This document shows positions 18,881 to 27,463 of a stretch of 64,000 nucleotides of DNA, in pieces. Positions within the stretch are counted from its first letter, which is position 1. Each line of letters opens with the position of its first letter. A program made the translations under genes and the position numbers. The stretch lies in assembly GCA_964202905.1 (NCBI GenBank), contig CAXNJO010000001.1:288001-352000 (forward strand), written 5' to 3'. The stretch is from Polyangiales bacterium. GTDB lineage: Bacteria; Myxococcota_A; Polyangia; Polyangiales; JADJQN01. Below the pieces are notes generated by a model that searched no databases, had not been told where the DNA came from, and saw only the letters and a program-made list of their open reading frames with translations.

Positions 18881-19521
18881 CGAAGCACCCGTGCCGTGCC
18901 GCCGAGCGGGAAGACGACGCGCCGGGTCGGGCCGGCGGTGACCGCGGCGCGCTGGCGCACGACCGTGAACACGAAGCCGCCGCCGAGGGCCGCGGTGTTG
19001 TTGGCGGTGAAGCGCGTCGTCGCGGCGTTGATGCTGTACATCATGCGCCCGCTCGGCTCGTAGCAGAGGTCGACCGCGGGGAAGGCGGCCGGGGCGCTGA
19101 GGAGCGAGTCGTTGCCACCGAGGCGGTAGCGCGACGCGCCCGCGTCGAGCTCGTCGATGCAGGGCGATGTGACCGTACCGCAGTTCGCGGCGGCGACGAG
19201 GATCCCCGCCCAACCGTTGGCGTTGCAGCCGCCGGCGACGCCGCGGATCAGCCGGACCCGGCCGAAGTTCCCCGCTGCACCGGCCAACCCGTAGCGGAGG
19301 ATGTGCGCGCGTCCGTAGGCGATCGCGTCCGCGCGCGCCCGGCGCCCGAGCCGCACGAGGTCGAGGGACACCTGCCCGGTGCGCTTCTCGGCGAGGGCCG
19401 TCGAGAGGGTCGGCGCCGCGAGCGTCATCCCCACGAGCACGATCACCACCACCGTCATCAGCTCGTAGAGCGTGAAGCCGGCGCGGCGGGGGTGCGGGGG
19501 GGTGCGGCGGGAGCGCGTCAT
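18877..19521 (-). CDS. fimU: FimU/FimT-like minor pilin
   Basis: G|FTLYELMTVVVIV..AAP, RARADAI, CYEPSGR, RRVVFPLGG. Confidence 0.8.
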   Translation of the reverse strand: MTRSRRTPPHPRRAGFTLYELMTVVVIVLVGMTLAAPTLSTALAEKRTGQVSLDLVRLGRRARADAIAYGRAHILRYGLAGAAGNFGRVRLIRGVAGGCNANGWAGILVAAANCGTVTSPCIDELDAGASRYRLGGNDSLLSAPAAFPAVDLCYEPSGRMMYSINAATTRFTANNTAALGGGFVFTVVRQRAAVTAGPTRRVVFPLGGTARVLR

Positions 19522-19538
19522 GGGCCTGTCGGGCTGGG

Positions 19539-19554
19539 TGCAATGTACGTACCT
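19539..19554 (-). promoter_or_regulatory. Putative sigma54 promoter of the minor pilin operon
   Basis: Minus strand AGGTACGTACATTGCA is GG-N10-GC with ACG and TTGCA, in a locally AT-richer intergenic region. Confidence 0.6.
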
Positions 19555-19691
19555 CACCCGGCGACACATCCAAGCACTCGATTTCATGAATGAATGTCGC
19601 CCGCGGGGTGGCCGCGCCTACGCATCGGATGCGGTGGATGGAAAAGTTTGCGGAGATCCGCAGGCGACCCCGGGGCCGGCCGGGTCGCGGC

Positions 19692-21173
19692 TCAGCCGGC
19701 CTGCGACGCGCGGCGGTTGGTCTCGCGGAGCCTCACCGAGAGCGTGCGGCTCACGACGCGCAGGATGCGCAGGGCGGTCCCCTCGTGGGAGGCGAGGTAC
19801 GGCCGGAGCTGCGCGAGGGGCCACACATAGGCCTCCGCCCCGCCGACCGCCTCGACGCGCGCGCTCGTCGGGCCGCTGTCGACGAGGGCCATGTCGCCGA
19901 GCGCCGCGCCGTAGCCGAGCTCGCCGAGGACGGTGGCAGCGCCGGAGGGCGCGAGGTGCATCACGCAGACCTTGCCGGAGAGCACCACGAAGAGGCTCTC
20001 TCCCTCGCGCCCCTGCTCGATCAGGATCTCGCCGTTCACGAAGCGGCGCCGCACCCCGAGCCCCTGCAGCGCGCGCAGCTCGTCGAGCGAGAGCTCGGCG
20101 AACAGCGGCAGCTCCCGCAGGACGTCGACGTCACCGTGGACGGCGGTGAGCTTGGCCTGCCCCGCCGGGGCACCGCCGGCGCTCGGGGGGGGCGGCAGCA
20201 CGAGCGGGCGGACGCCGCCGGGCGCCACCGGTTCGGCCGGCGCGGCGGGCGCCACCGAGAGCAGCGGCGCGGCGGCCGGGGGCGCGAGCGAGGCCATCGC
20301 GGGGGGTGCGGGGGCGCCAGGCGCCGTCGACATGCGCTCGCCGCCGAGGGTCGCGAGGCCCCGGCTCGCCGCCTCGCGTCGCGGGTCGAAGCGCAGCACC
20401 GCCGCGAAGAGTTTGCGCGCGGCGTCGGCCTCGCCGCTCGCGACGTAGATCGCTGCGAGGCGCTCGTAGACCTCGACGGTCCCGTCGTCGAGCGCGCACG
20501 TCTTGACGACGCCGATGTAGCTGGCGGCCGCGTTGCCCGCGTGGCCGCTGTGCTCGAGGATGCGGCCGAGCAGCAGCATCGCCTGCGCGTAGCGCGGGGC
20601 GCCGGGTTCGACCTTCTGCAGCTGCTCGACCGCGCGGTCGAGGCGGCGCGCCTTCGCCCACAGCCGCCCCGCGTCGAACCAGCCGCTCGCGCGCTCCCAG
20701 GCGGCGGCGGCGCGCTCGATCTGCCCCGACTGCTCGTAGAAACGCGCGGCCTGGTCGAAGCGCAGATCGCGCTCGTAGAGGTCCGCGGCCTTGTCGAGCT
20801 GGCCCGCCTGCTCGTAGAGCTGCGCGGCCTGCGCGAACTGGTAGCTGCGCTCGAAGAAGGGCGCCGCGCGGCCCGGGTCGCCGATCAGGACGGCCGCGCG
20901 CCCGGCGCGGTCGAAGTCGCGCGCGAGCACGAACGCCTCCGCGAGCGCCTCGCGCAGGCCCTTGCTCGCGATCGCCGCGTCCTGCGTGAGGAGCAGATCG
21001 CCGACGTCCGGCGCGCTCGTCGCGATGAGCCGCGCGGCGGCCTCGACCTCGCGCTTGTGGAGGTGCGCGAGGATCACGCCGCGCACCTTGTCCGTCGTCA
21101 CGAAGGTCTCGCCGCTCGCGTCGAAATCGAACTCCATCTCCGTGCTGAGACGCCCACCGGGATCGCGCGACAT
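19692..21173 (-). CDS. TPR-like repeat protein with C-terminal cyclic-nucleotide-binding-like domain
   Basis: Repeats AAQLYEQAGQLDKAADLYE; Pro/Ala linker; LPLFAELS..IEQGREGESLFVVLSG..LGDMALVDSGPTSA. Confidence 0.85.
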   Translation of the reverse strand: MSRDPGGRLSTEMEFDFDASGETFVTTDKVRGVILAHLHKREVEAAARLIATSAPDVGDLLLTQDAAIASKGLREALAEAFVLARDFDRAGRAAVLIGDPGRAAPFFERSYQFAQAAQLYEQAGQLDKAADLYERDLRFDQAARFYEQSGQIERAAAAWERASGWFDAGRLWAKARRLDRAVEQLQKVEPGAPRYAQAMLLLGRILEHSGHAGNAAASYIGVVKTCALDDGTVEVYERLAAIYVASGEADAARKLFAAVLRFDPRREAASRGLATLGGERMSTAPGAPAPPAMASLAPPAAAPLLSVAPAAPAEPVAPGGVRPLVLPPPPSAGGAPAGQAKLTAVHGDVDVLRELPLFAELSLDELRALQGLGVRRRFVNGEILIEQGREGESLFVVLSGKVCVMHLAPSGAATVLGELGYGAALGDMALVDSGPTSARVEAVGGAEAYVWPLAQLRPYLASHEGTALRILRVVSRTLSVRLRETNRRASQAG

Positions 21174-21247
21174 GCCTCTGTCTCCGTGGTCGGGCCCGCG
21201 ACGCCGCGGGAAATCTGGAAAATCTGGAACAGTGAAGGCGGTTCGCT

Positions 21248-23218
21248 TCAGGTCTGGAGCAAGTGCAGGACCTCGCCCGGCACGGTCACGCCGGTGCCGA
21301 CGAGGATGCCCGCGTAGCGCGCGAGCTCGACCATCGCGCCCGTGGTGCGGGCCGTCTCGCGGAGCGCGGCCATGTCGGAGCCGGCCGAGATCGCGGCGCG
21401 CACGGCGTCGTTGACGAGCAGGATCTCGATGACCGCGACGCGACCCTTGAACCCCGTGTGGTTGCAGCGCGGGCAGCCGCGGCCGCGAGAGAGCGTGGGG
21501 CGCTCGTGCGCGAGGAACGCGCCGACCTTGTAGAGACGCTCGACGATGGGCGCGGGGTACTCGAACGGCTCGGTGCAGCTCGGGCAGCAGCGGCGCACGA
21601 GGCGCTGGTGGAGCACGCCGAGCAGCGCGTTCGACACCGCGTAGCGCTCGGCGCCGAGCTCCGTGAGACGCAGCACCGACTCGACGGCGCCGTTGGTGTG
21701 CAGCGAGGTGAGCACGAGGTGGCCCGTCATCGCGGCCTCGAGCGCCATCGCGGCCGTCTCGGCGTTGCGCGTCTCGCCGACGAGGATGACGTCCGGATCC
21801 TGCCGCAACAGCGCGCCGAGCACGGCGCCGAAGGTCGTGCCGACCTCCGCGTTGACCTGCACCTGCGTCACGCCGTCGAGGTGGTACTCGATCGGGTCCT
21901 CGACGCTGACGACGTTGATTTCCGGGCGCATGCGCGCGGCGAGCGCGGCGTAGAGCGTGGTCGTCTTGCCCGAGCCCGTCGGCCCGGTGACGAGCACGAG
22001 GCCGTTCGGGCGGAAGACCATGTCGCTGAAGTGCTGCCGGACCTTGTCCTGCAGGATCAGCTCCTTGAGGCTCGGGATGCCCGCCTCGGAGTCGAGGATG
22101 CGCAGCACGACCTTCTCGCCGAACTTCGTCGGCATCGTCGAGATGCGCAGATCGATGCCGCGTTTGCCCGCCTGCAGCGAGATGCGGCCGTCCTGCGGGC
22201 GGCGCGTCTCGGTGATGTCGAGCTTCGCGAGCAGCTTGAAGCGGCTCGTGAGCGGCCTGGCGAGCTCCTGCGGGATCGGCTGCGGACGCGGGCGCAGCGC
22301 GCCCTCGATGCGGTAGCGCACCGCGACGCCGCGACGCTCGCTCTCGATGTGGATGTCGGACGCACCGAGCGCGAGGCCGGTGCCGACGATCTCGTCGACG
22401 AGCGCGAGCACCTGCGGACCGCTCGGCTGCGTGAGCGCGGGGCGGCCTGCGCGCCCGTCGTCCTCCTCGAGGAAGGTGAGCTGCGGACGCGCCCCGGGCG
22501 GCACGACGGCCTCGGTGGAGACGGGGGCGGCCGTGCGCGCGGCGCGGAGCGGCGCGACGACGCGCTCGAGCTCCTGCGCGGAGACGGCGTGGAGCTTCAT
22601 GCGGAAGGAGGGAATCGCGGTGCGGAGCTCGTGCGCGGCCTGCGCGTCCGCGGGATCGACGAGCCCCACCGTGAGCGTCCGCCCGACCAGCGCGAGCGGC
22701 ACCGCGCGGGCGCGCGTCCAGACGGACTCGGGCGCGAGCGCCCAGAGGCGCGCGTCGAGGGATCGCGCGGCGAGGCTCGACCAGGGGATCTCGTTCTCCG
22801 CGGTCATCTTCGCGAGCCGGTCGGAGAGCACGCGCGCGACGCTCAGCGCAACGACAGGCGCCTGCTGCACGACCGCGTGGAAGAGCTCGCTCGCGAGTCG
22901 GTAGGCGACGACCGGCTCGAGCGCGACGCACGTCGCGGTGCGGGCCTCGCCGGTCACGAGCGCCATCTCGCCGAAGGACTCGGGCGCCTCGAGCTGCGCG
23001 ACGAGCTGCACGATGCCGAGCTTCGCGTCGCGGTGGTACACGCCGACGACGCCGGACTCGATCAGGAAGAGCGAGTCACCGGGCGCGCCCTGACGCACGA
23101 TCTCGGTCTGCGCAGGGATCTCGTGCCGCGTGAAATGCGGCGCGAGCTGCTCGACGTGCATCCGGTCGAGGCTGGAAAAGAGCGCGTTTTGTACGAGCAG
23201 TGCCGCAGGCGCCGCCAT
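21248..23218 (-). CDS. PilB/GspE-family secretion ATPase with N-terminal cNMP-binding domain
   Basis: cNMP fold (RQGAPGDSLFLIESG, FGEMAL..RTAT); GSPII N-domain (AVPL..VDP); ASDIHIE, PQDGR, Walker A GPTGSGKT, EDPIE, RQDPDVILVGE, GHLVLTSLH, CPSC/CPRC. Confidence 0.93.
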   Translation of the reverse strand: MAAPAALLVQNALFSSLDRMHVEQLAPHFTRHEIPAQTEIVRQGAPGDSLFLIESGVVGVYHRDAKLGIVQLVAQLEAPESFGEMALVTGEARTATCVALEPVVAYRLASELFHAVVQQAPVVALSVARVLSDRLAKMTAENEIPWSSLAARSLDARLWALAPESVWTRARAVPLALVGRTLTVGLVDPADAQAAHELRTAIPSFRMKLHAVSAQELERVVAPLRAARTAAPVSTEAVVPPGARPQLTFLEEDDGRAGRPALTQPSGPQVLALVDEIVGTGLALGASDIHIESERRGVAVRYRIEGALRPRPQPIPQELARPLTSRFKLLAKLDITETRRPQDGRISLQAGKRGIDLRISTMPTKFGEKVVLRILDSEAGIPSLKELILQDKVRQHFSDMVFRPNGLVLVTGPTGSGKTTTLYAALAARMRPEINVVSVEDPIEYHLDGVTQVQVNAEVGTTFGAVLGALLRQDPDVILVGETRNAETAAMALEAAMTGHLVLTSLHTNGAVESVLRLTELGAERYAVSNALLGVLHQRLVRRCCPSCTEPFEYPAPIVERLYKVGAFLAHERPTLSRGRGCPRCNHTGFKGRVAVIEILLVNDAVRAAISAGSDMAALRETARTTGAMVELARYAGILVGTGVTVPGEVLHLLQT

Positions 23219-23312
23219 GGTATCCCCCGTGGAGCGAGGGACGGTACGCGAGCCGTGCTGCGCGATCAACGACGGCGGGGCGGCGGTCGAGGCGACGCGG
23301 ACGTGACGTTCC

Positions 23313-23341
23313 TTGACAGGCGCGCCGCGTCAACGTATCCA
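23313..23341 (+). promoter_or_regulatory. Sigma70-type promoter of tRNA-Leu
   Basis: TTGACA (23313-23318), 17-bp spacer, TATCCA (23336-23341). Confidence 0.65.
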
Positions 23342-23368
23342 ACGCGTCCGCTTCCACCCGGGAAGCAC

Positions 23369-23452
23369 GCGAAAGTGGCGGAACTGGCAGACGCGCTGGA
23401 TTCAGGTTCCAGTGGGGTAACTCCCGTGCAGGTTCAATTCCTGTCTTTCGCA
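23369..23452 (+). tRNA. tRNA-Leu (anticodon CAG), long variable arm, CCA not encoded
   Basis: Acceptor GCGAAAG/CTTTCGC, D-loop GGCGGAACTGGCAGACGC, anticodon arm CTGGA-TTCAGGT-TCCAG, T-arm GGTTCAATTCC. Confidence 0.96.
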
Positions 23453-23563
23453 CCCTGAAACGCCGTGACGCGCGAGGCCCCGCCAGCCTCCGCGCCGCCC
23501 GCGGCCCCCGAACGTTGGAGACGCCGCGCAGCGGCCTCATGTCGCAGACCGCGCGAGGCGCGG

Positions 23564-23668
23564 GCGTCGTGATGTGCATGCGTCGTGATGTGCACGCGTC
23601 GTGATGTGCATGCGTCGTGATGTGCATGCGTCGTGATGTGCACGCGTCGTGATGTGCACGCGTCGTGA
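23564..23668. repeat. 16-bp tandem repeat, about 6.5 copies (GCGTCGTGATGTGCAY)
   Basis: Six full units from 23564 to 23659 that vary only at the last base, plus a partial seventh. Confidence 0.95.
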
Positions 23669-23823
23669 GATGCAGGCCGCGCGAGGCGCGGGCGTGCGCG
23701 TGACGCAGATTGCGCGGATGACGTGAATCGCATGCGGCGGGACGCGACTCCCGGCGCGACGCAGGGCCGCCCGCGATCACGCGCATTGCCACGGCGCGCG
23801 GCGCGGGGGATCTTCGCGCCGGC

Positions 23824-25002
23824 ATGACGGAGGCGCGCACCGAACGGGCGGAAGGAGACGGCTCCCCGCGGCGGCTCCCGCTGCTCGCAGCCGACACCAT
23901 GCGCCGCGATGGTATGGATTCGGGCGGAGCGGCGGCGGACGACGCGCGGCGGACGTTGGACGCGGCGGGCGCGGGGAGTGCGCGGCCCTCGTGGTTCGAC
24001 GCGATCCCGCCGCGCATCGAGGACGCGCGCGGCCGCGCGATCGACTACCTGCGCGTGTCGGTCACCGATCGCTGCGACCTCGCGTGCGTCTACTGCATGC
24101 CGCCGGGGGGCGAGGACGACCACGCGCGGCGCACGGACCTGCTCACGTTCGAGGAGCTCACGCGGATCGTCGGGCTCTTCGGGCGCTCGGGCGTGCGGCG
24201 CGTGCGGCTCACGGGGGGCGAGCCGCTCGTGCGGCGCGACGTCGTGCGGCTCGTCGCGGGGCTCACCGCCGCACACCCCGGGCTCGCGCTCGCGATGACG
24301 ACGAACGGCACGCGACTCGCCGACCTCGCCGCGCCGCTGCGCGACGCGGGCCTGCGCTCGGTCAACGTCTCGATCGACGCGCTCGACCCCGCGCTCTTCC
24401 GCGCGATCACGCGCGGCGGCGAGGTCGCCGACGTGCTCGCGGGGATCTGCGCCGCGCGCGACGCGGGGCTCGAGGTGAAGCTCAACACCGTGCTGCTCGG
24501 CGGCGTGAACGACGCGGAGCTCGCGCGGATCGTGGCGCTCGCGTGGTCGCTCGGGGCCGTGCCGCGCTTCATCGAGCTGATGCCGCTCGGCGAAGGCGCG
24601 CGGCTGCCGCAGGCCACGTTCGTACCCGCCGCGCAGGCCCTCGCGCCGATCGCGCACCTGCTCGCGGACGACGCGGCGCCCGCGGGCGCGGCGCACGGCC
24701 CCGCGCGCTATCGCCGCGCGGCGGATGGCTCGGGCCGTCGCGTCGGCGTGATCACGGCGGTCTCGGACGAGTTCTGCGGCACGTGCAACCGCCTGCGCCT
24801 CACGGCCCGGGGCGACCTGCGCGCCTGCCTCGCGGCGCCGGACGGTCTGGCGCTGCGCACGCTGCTGCGCGCGGGCGCGAGTGACCTCGACCTCGCGTGG
24901 CACGTGCACGCGGCGCTCGGCACCAAGTCCGCCGGGCACGGCTTCCTCGACGCGACGCGGGACGCGCACACCCGCGTCGGCATGAGCCTCGTCGGAGGCT
25001 GA
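23824..25002 (+). CDS. moaA: GTP 3',8-cyclase MoaA (start may be further downstream)
   Basis: YLRVSVTDRCDLACVYC radical SAM motif, TGGEPL, FCGTCNRLRL..C, C-terminal MSLVGG. Confidence 0.95.
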   Translation: MTEARTERAEGDGSPRRLPLLAADTMRRDGMDSGGAAADDARRTLDAAGAGSARPSWFDAIPPRIEDARGRAIDYLRVSVTDRCDLACVYCMPPGGEDDHARRTDLLTFEELTRIVGLFGRSGVRRVRLTGGEPLVRRDVVRLVAGLTAAHPGLALAMTTNGTRLADLAAPLRDAGLRSVNVSIDALDPALFRAITRGGEVADVLAGICAARDAGLEVKLNTVLLGGVNDAELARIVALAWSLGAVPRFIELMPLGEGARLPQATFVPAAQALAPIAHLLADDAAPAGAAHGPARYRRAADGSGRRVGVITAVSDEFCGTCNRLRLTARGDLRACLAAPDGLALRTLLRAGASDLDLAWHVHAALGTKSAGHGFLDATRDAHTRVGMSLVGG

Positions 25003-25096
25003 GCGCGCAGGGCCGCACCGCAGACGACGCGATGGGACGGGACGGGACGCGAGGATTGTCCATCGGGCCCGGCGCGCCGCGCGTTACGCTGCCGCC

Positions 25097-25693
25097 ATGC
25101 ACCGCATCACCCTCGGGCTCGTCGCGCTCGCCTCGGGCTGCGCGCCGGCCTCGGTCGAGCCGCACTCCCCCGTCGAACCGCAGCCGACGCGCGCCCCGCT
25201 CGTGGCGCAGGCGACCGGACCCAGCCGCGAAGCGCTCGCGCGGACGCTCTCGGAGGCGAGCCGCGACGCGGTCGCGCGGTCCCCGATCACGCCGCTCTTC
25301 TTCGGCACCGCGCGCGACGCGGGCGGCGCGACGATCACCGCAGGCCCCCATTTCTATGCGGTTTCGCTGCAGCGCGAGGGGCACTCGCTCGCGCTGCACG
25401 GCGTCGACGTCGTGCACGCCGAGCCGGGCGAGGACACGCCCACGGAGGCGCACGGGGACACGGCCGCCAACGCCGCGGACGACGCGCACGAAGGGGCGCG
25501 CACGGCCGTCCGCGGACGACCCGCGACGATCCTCGTGAACGAGGGGATCCGCTCGGTCGCGTGGGAAGAGGATGGCGCGTACTGGTCGCTCGAGGTCGAG
25601 TGCTTCCGGGCCTTCGAGGACGCGCGCTGCACCGGGGACGGCTACGTCCTCGCCGAGGCCGCCGCGCTCGTGTCGTTGCGGGGGGCGCGATGA
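25097..25693 (+). CDS. Hypothetical lipoprotein coupled to M23 peptidase
   Basis: LASGC lipobox; WEEDGAYWSLEVEC..D.RC; ATGA overlap with the next gene. Confidence 0.7.
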   Translation: MHRITLGLVALASGCAPASVEPHSPVEPQPTRAPLVAQATGPSREALARTLSEASRDAVARSPITPLFFGTARDAGGATITAGPHFYAVSLQREGHSLALHGVDVVHAEPGEDTPTEAHGDTAANAADDAHEGARTAVRGRPATILVNEGIRSVAWEEDGAYWSLEVECFRAFEDARCTGDGYVLAEAAALVSLRGAR

Positions 25694-27390
25694 CGGCCCG
25701 CGCGTGGAGGCACGCACGCGGCGCGCTCGTCGCGGCGCTGGCGATCGGCGCGCTCACGTCCGGGGCGGCGCGGGCACGCGCGCAGTTCACGTACCGGCCC
25801 GCGGGCGAGCTCGTGGCGGGGAGCGGGCGCGGACGCGTGGACGGCACCGTCTACGCGCCGGGCATCCGCTTCCCGATCGAGGACGCGCCCGCCTACCTCA
25901 ACTCGCAGGTGTGGGGCGTCGGCGGCTCCGCAGGAAGGCCCGGATCGCAGTGCGACGCGGCCAACCGCAGCTACCCCTGGCATGACAATTACTGCGAATC
26001 GCGCAGCTGGAGCATGCCGATGTGCCCTTCGGGCGTGGGCCACCAGGGGCAGGACATCCGCGCCGCGACGTGCGCGGATCGCACGCACTACGCGGTCGCG
26101 ACCGTCGCCGGCACGATCACGCACATCGGCAGCTACTCCGTCTATCTCACGGGCGACGACGGCCGCCGCTACGACTACCTGCACCTGCGCGACCTCGTCG
26201 TGCGCGTGGGGTCGCCCGTCGCGAAGGGCGCGCGCATCGGCCGCGTCTCGAACAACTTCGGCAGCACGGCGACGACCCTGCACCTGCACTTGAACCTGCG
26301 CATGACGGTGAGCGGCTACGGCACCGTCTACGCGCCGCCGTACATGTCGCTCGTGCGCGCGTACGAGTCGCTGCTCGGCGTCGCGTCGTGCACGCCGCGC
26401 TGCGAGGGCGCCGTGATCGTCGGCGCCGACTGCGGCCGCGGAAACTGCGCGGCCTACGGCGCGACGTGCACGACCGACTCGCTCGGCACGCGCTGCGTGT
26501 ACGCCGCGTGCCCGCCGCGCGGGACCGCCGACGTCTGCCTCGACGCAGACACCTCGGCGCACTGCGTGGAGGGCCTCCCCACGGACATCGGCGAGTGCGG
26601 TGCGTTCGCGGCGTACTGCTCGACGGCCGGGCGCACGGCGACGACCGCGCGCTGCGTGTCCGCCTTCTGCGTCGCGTCCCCCGAGGAGACGCCCGTCGCC
26701 CACGACGGCTGCTGGATCGAGGGCGGCCAGCTCGCGCACTGCGACGCGCAGGGCGCCATCGCGCTCGAGCCCTGCCCGGCCGGGCAGGCCTGCACCACCA
26801 TTCCGGATGGCATCCGTGACACGCCCCACTGCGCGCCCGCCGTCTGCCCGCCGACCGGCGACGTGACGCAATGCGTCGAAGGGCGCTACATCGCGCGCTG
26901 CTTCGGCGGGTCGGTGATCAGCGCGGGCGACTGCGGTGCGTTCGCCGCGTACTGCTCGACCGTCTCGGCCGCCGGCCCGGTGGCGCCGCGCTGCGTGTCG
27001 GCCTTCTGCGTGGGCTCGGCGGGCGAGCCGCCGCGGGAGCGCGAGACGTGCCTCCCCGACGGGACGATCGCGCACTGCACGGCGGAAGGCGGCATCGCCG
27101 ACGAGACCGAGTGCCCCACGGGCACGGCGTGCGTGGCGCGCGACGGAAGCGCGGCGTGCGAGGCCAGCGCCGATCTCGGCACCGCGTCGCGCGACGCGGG
27201 CGCGGGGTCGGACGCGGGCGGCGTGCGCGGCGGCAGCGGCGGACCGAAGGCCATCGAGGCGGGCTGCGGATGCCACGCGGGCACGGGCCGCGGCGCGCAG
27301 GGGCTCGGGTTCGCGGCGCTCGCGCTGATCGCGGGCCTCGCCACGCGGCGACGTCGCGGGGCGCGCGCGGATCGCGCCCGCGCACGCTGA
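25690..27390 (+). CDS. Secreted M23 peptidase with Cys-rich repeats and MYXO-CTERM-like tail
   Basis: Signal peptide; HQGQD, YLHL, HLH motifs; repeated CGAFAAYCST..RCVSAFCV; GCGC + TM helix + RRRR. Confidence 0.85.
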   Translation: MTARAWRHARGALVAALAIGALTSGAARARAQFTYRPAGELVAGSGRGRVDGTVYAPGIRFPIEDAPAYLNSQVWGVGGSAGRPGSQCDAANRSYPWHDNYCESRSWSMPMCPSGVGHQGQDIRAATCADRTHYAVATVAGTITHIGSYSVYLTGDDGRRYDYLHLRDLVVRVGSPVAKGARIGRVSNNFGSTATTLHLHLNLRMTVSGYGTVYAPPYMSLVRAYESLLGVASCTPRCEGAVIVGADCGRGNCAAYGATCTTDSLGTRCVYAACPPRGTADVCLDADTSAHCVEGLPTDIGECGAFAAYCSTAGRTATTARCVSAFCVASPEETPVAHDGCWIEGGQLAHCDAQGAIALEPCPAGQACTTIPDGIRDTPHCAPAVCPPTGDVTQCVEGRYIARCFGGSVISAGDCGAFAAYCSTVSAAGPVAPRCVSAFCVGSAGEPPRERETCLPDGTIAHCTAEGGIADETECPTGTACVARDGSAACEASADLGTASRDAGAGSDAGGVRGGSGGPKAIEAGCGCHAGTGRGAQGLGFAALALIAGLATRRRRGARADRARAR

Positions 27391-27463
27391 TCGCGCGGCG
27401 AAGCGGGCCTCGCGGCGCTGCCACATCGCGGGGCGCGCGCGGACCAAGACGCAGCGCGCAGCG

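Noticed and set aside
23564..23668. CRISPR array
   Set aside because: Units are contiguous 16-mers with no unique spacers, and there are no cas genes in the window.
23076..24017. His-rich ORF (HITTHAHHDAC repeats)
   Set aside because: It is a translation of the 16-bp non-triplet repeat and runs antisense through the tRNA.
23369..25002. Genomic island or prophage integrated at tRNA-Leu
   Set aside because: No integrase, no duplicated tRNA 3' end seen, and the next gene is housekeeping moaA.
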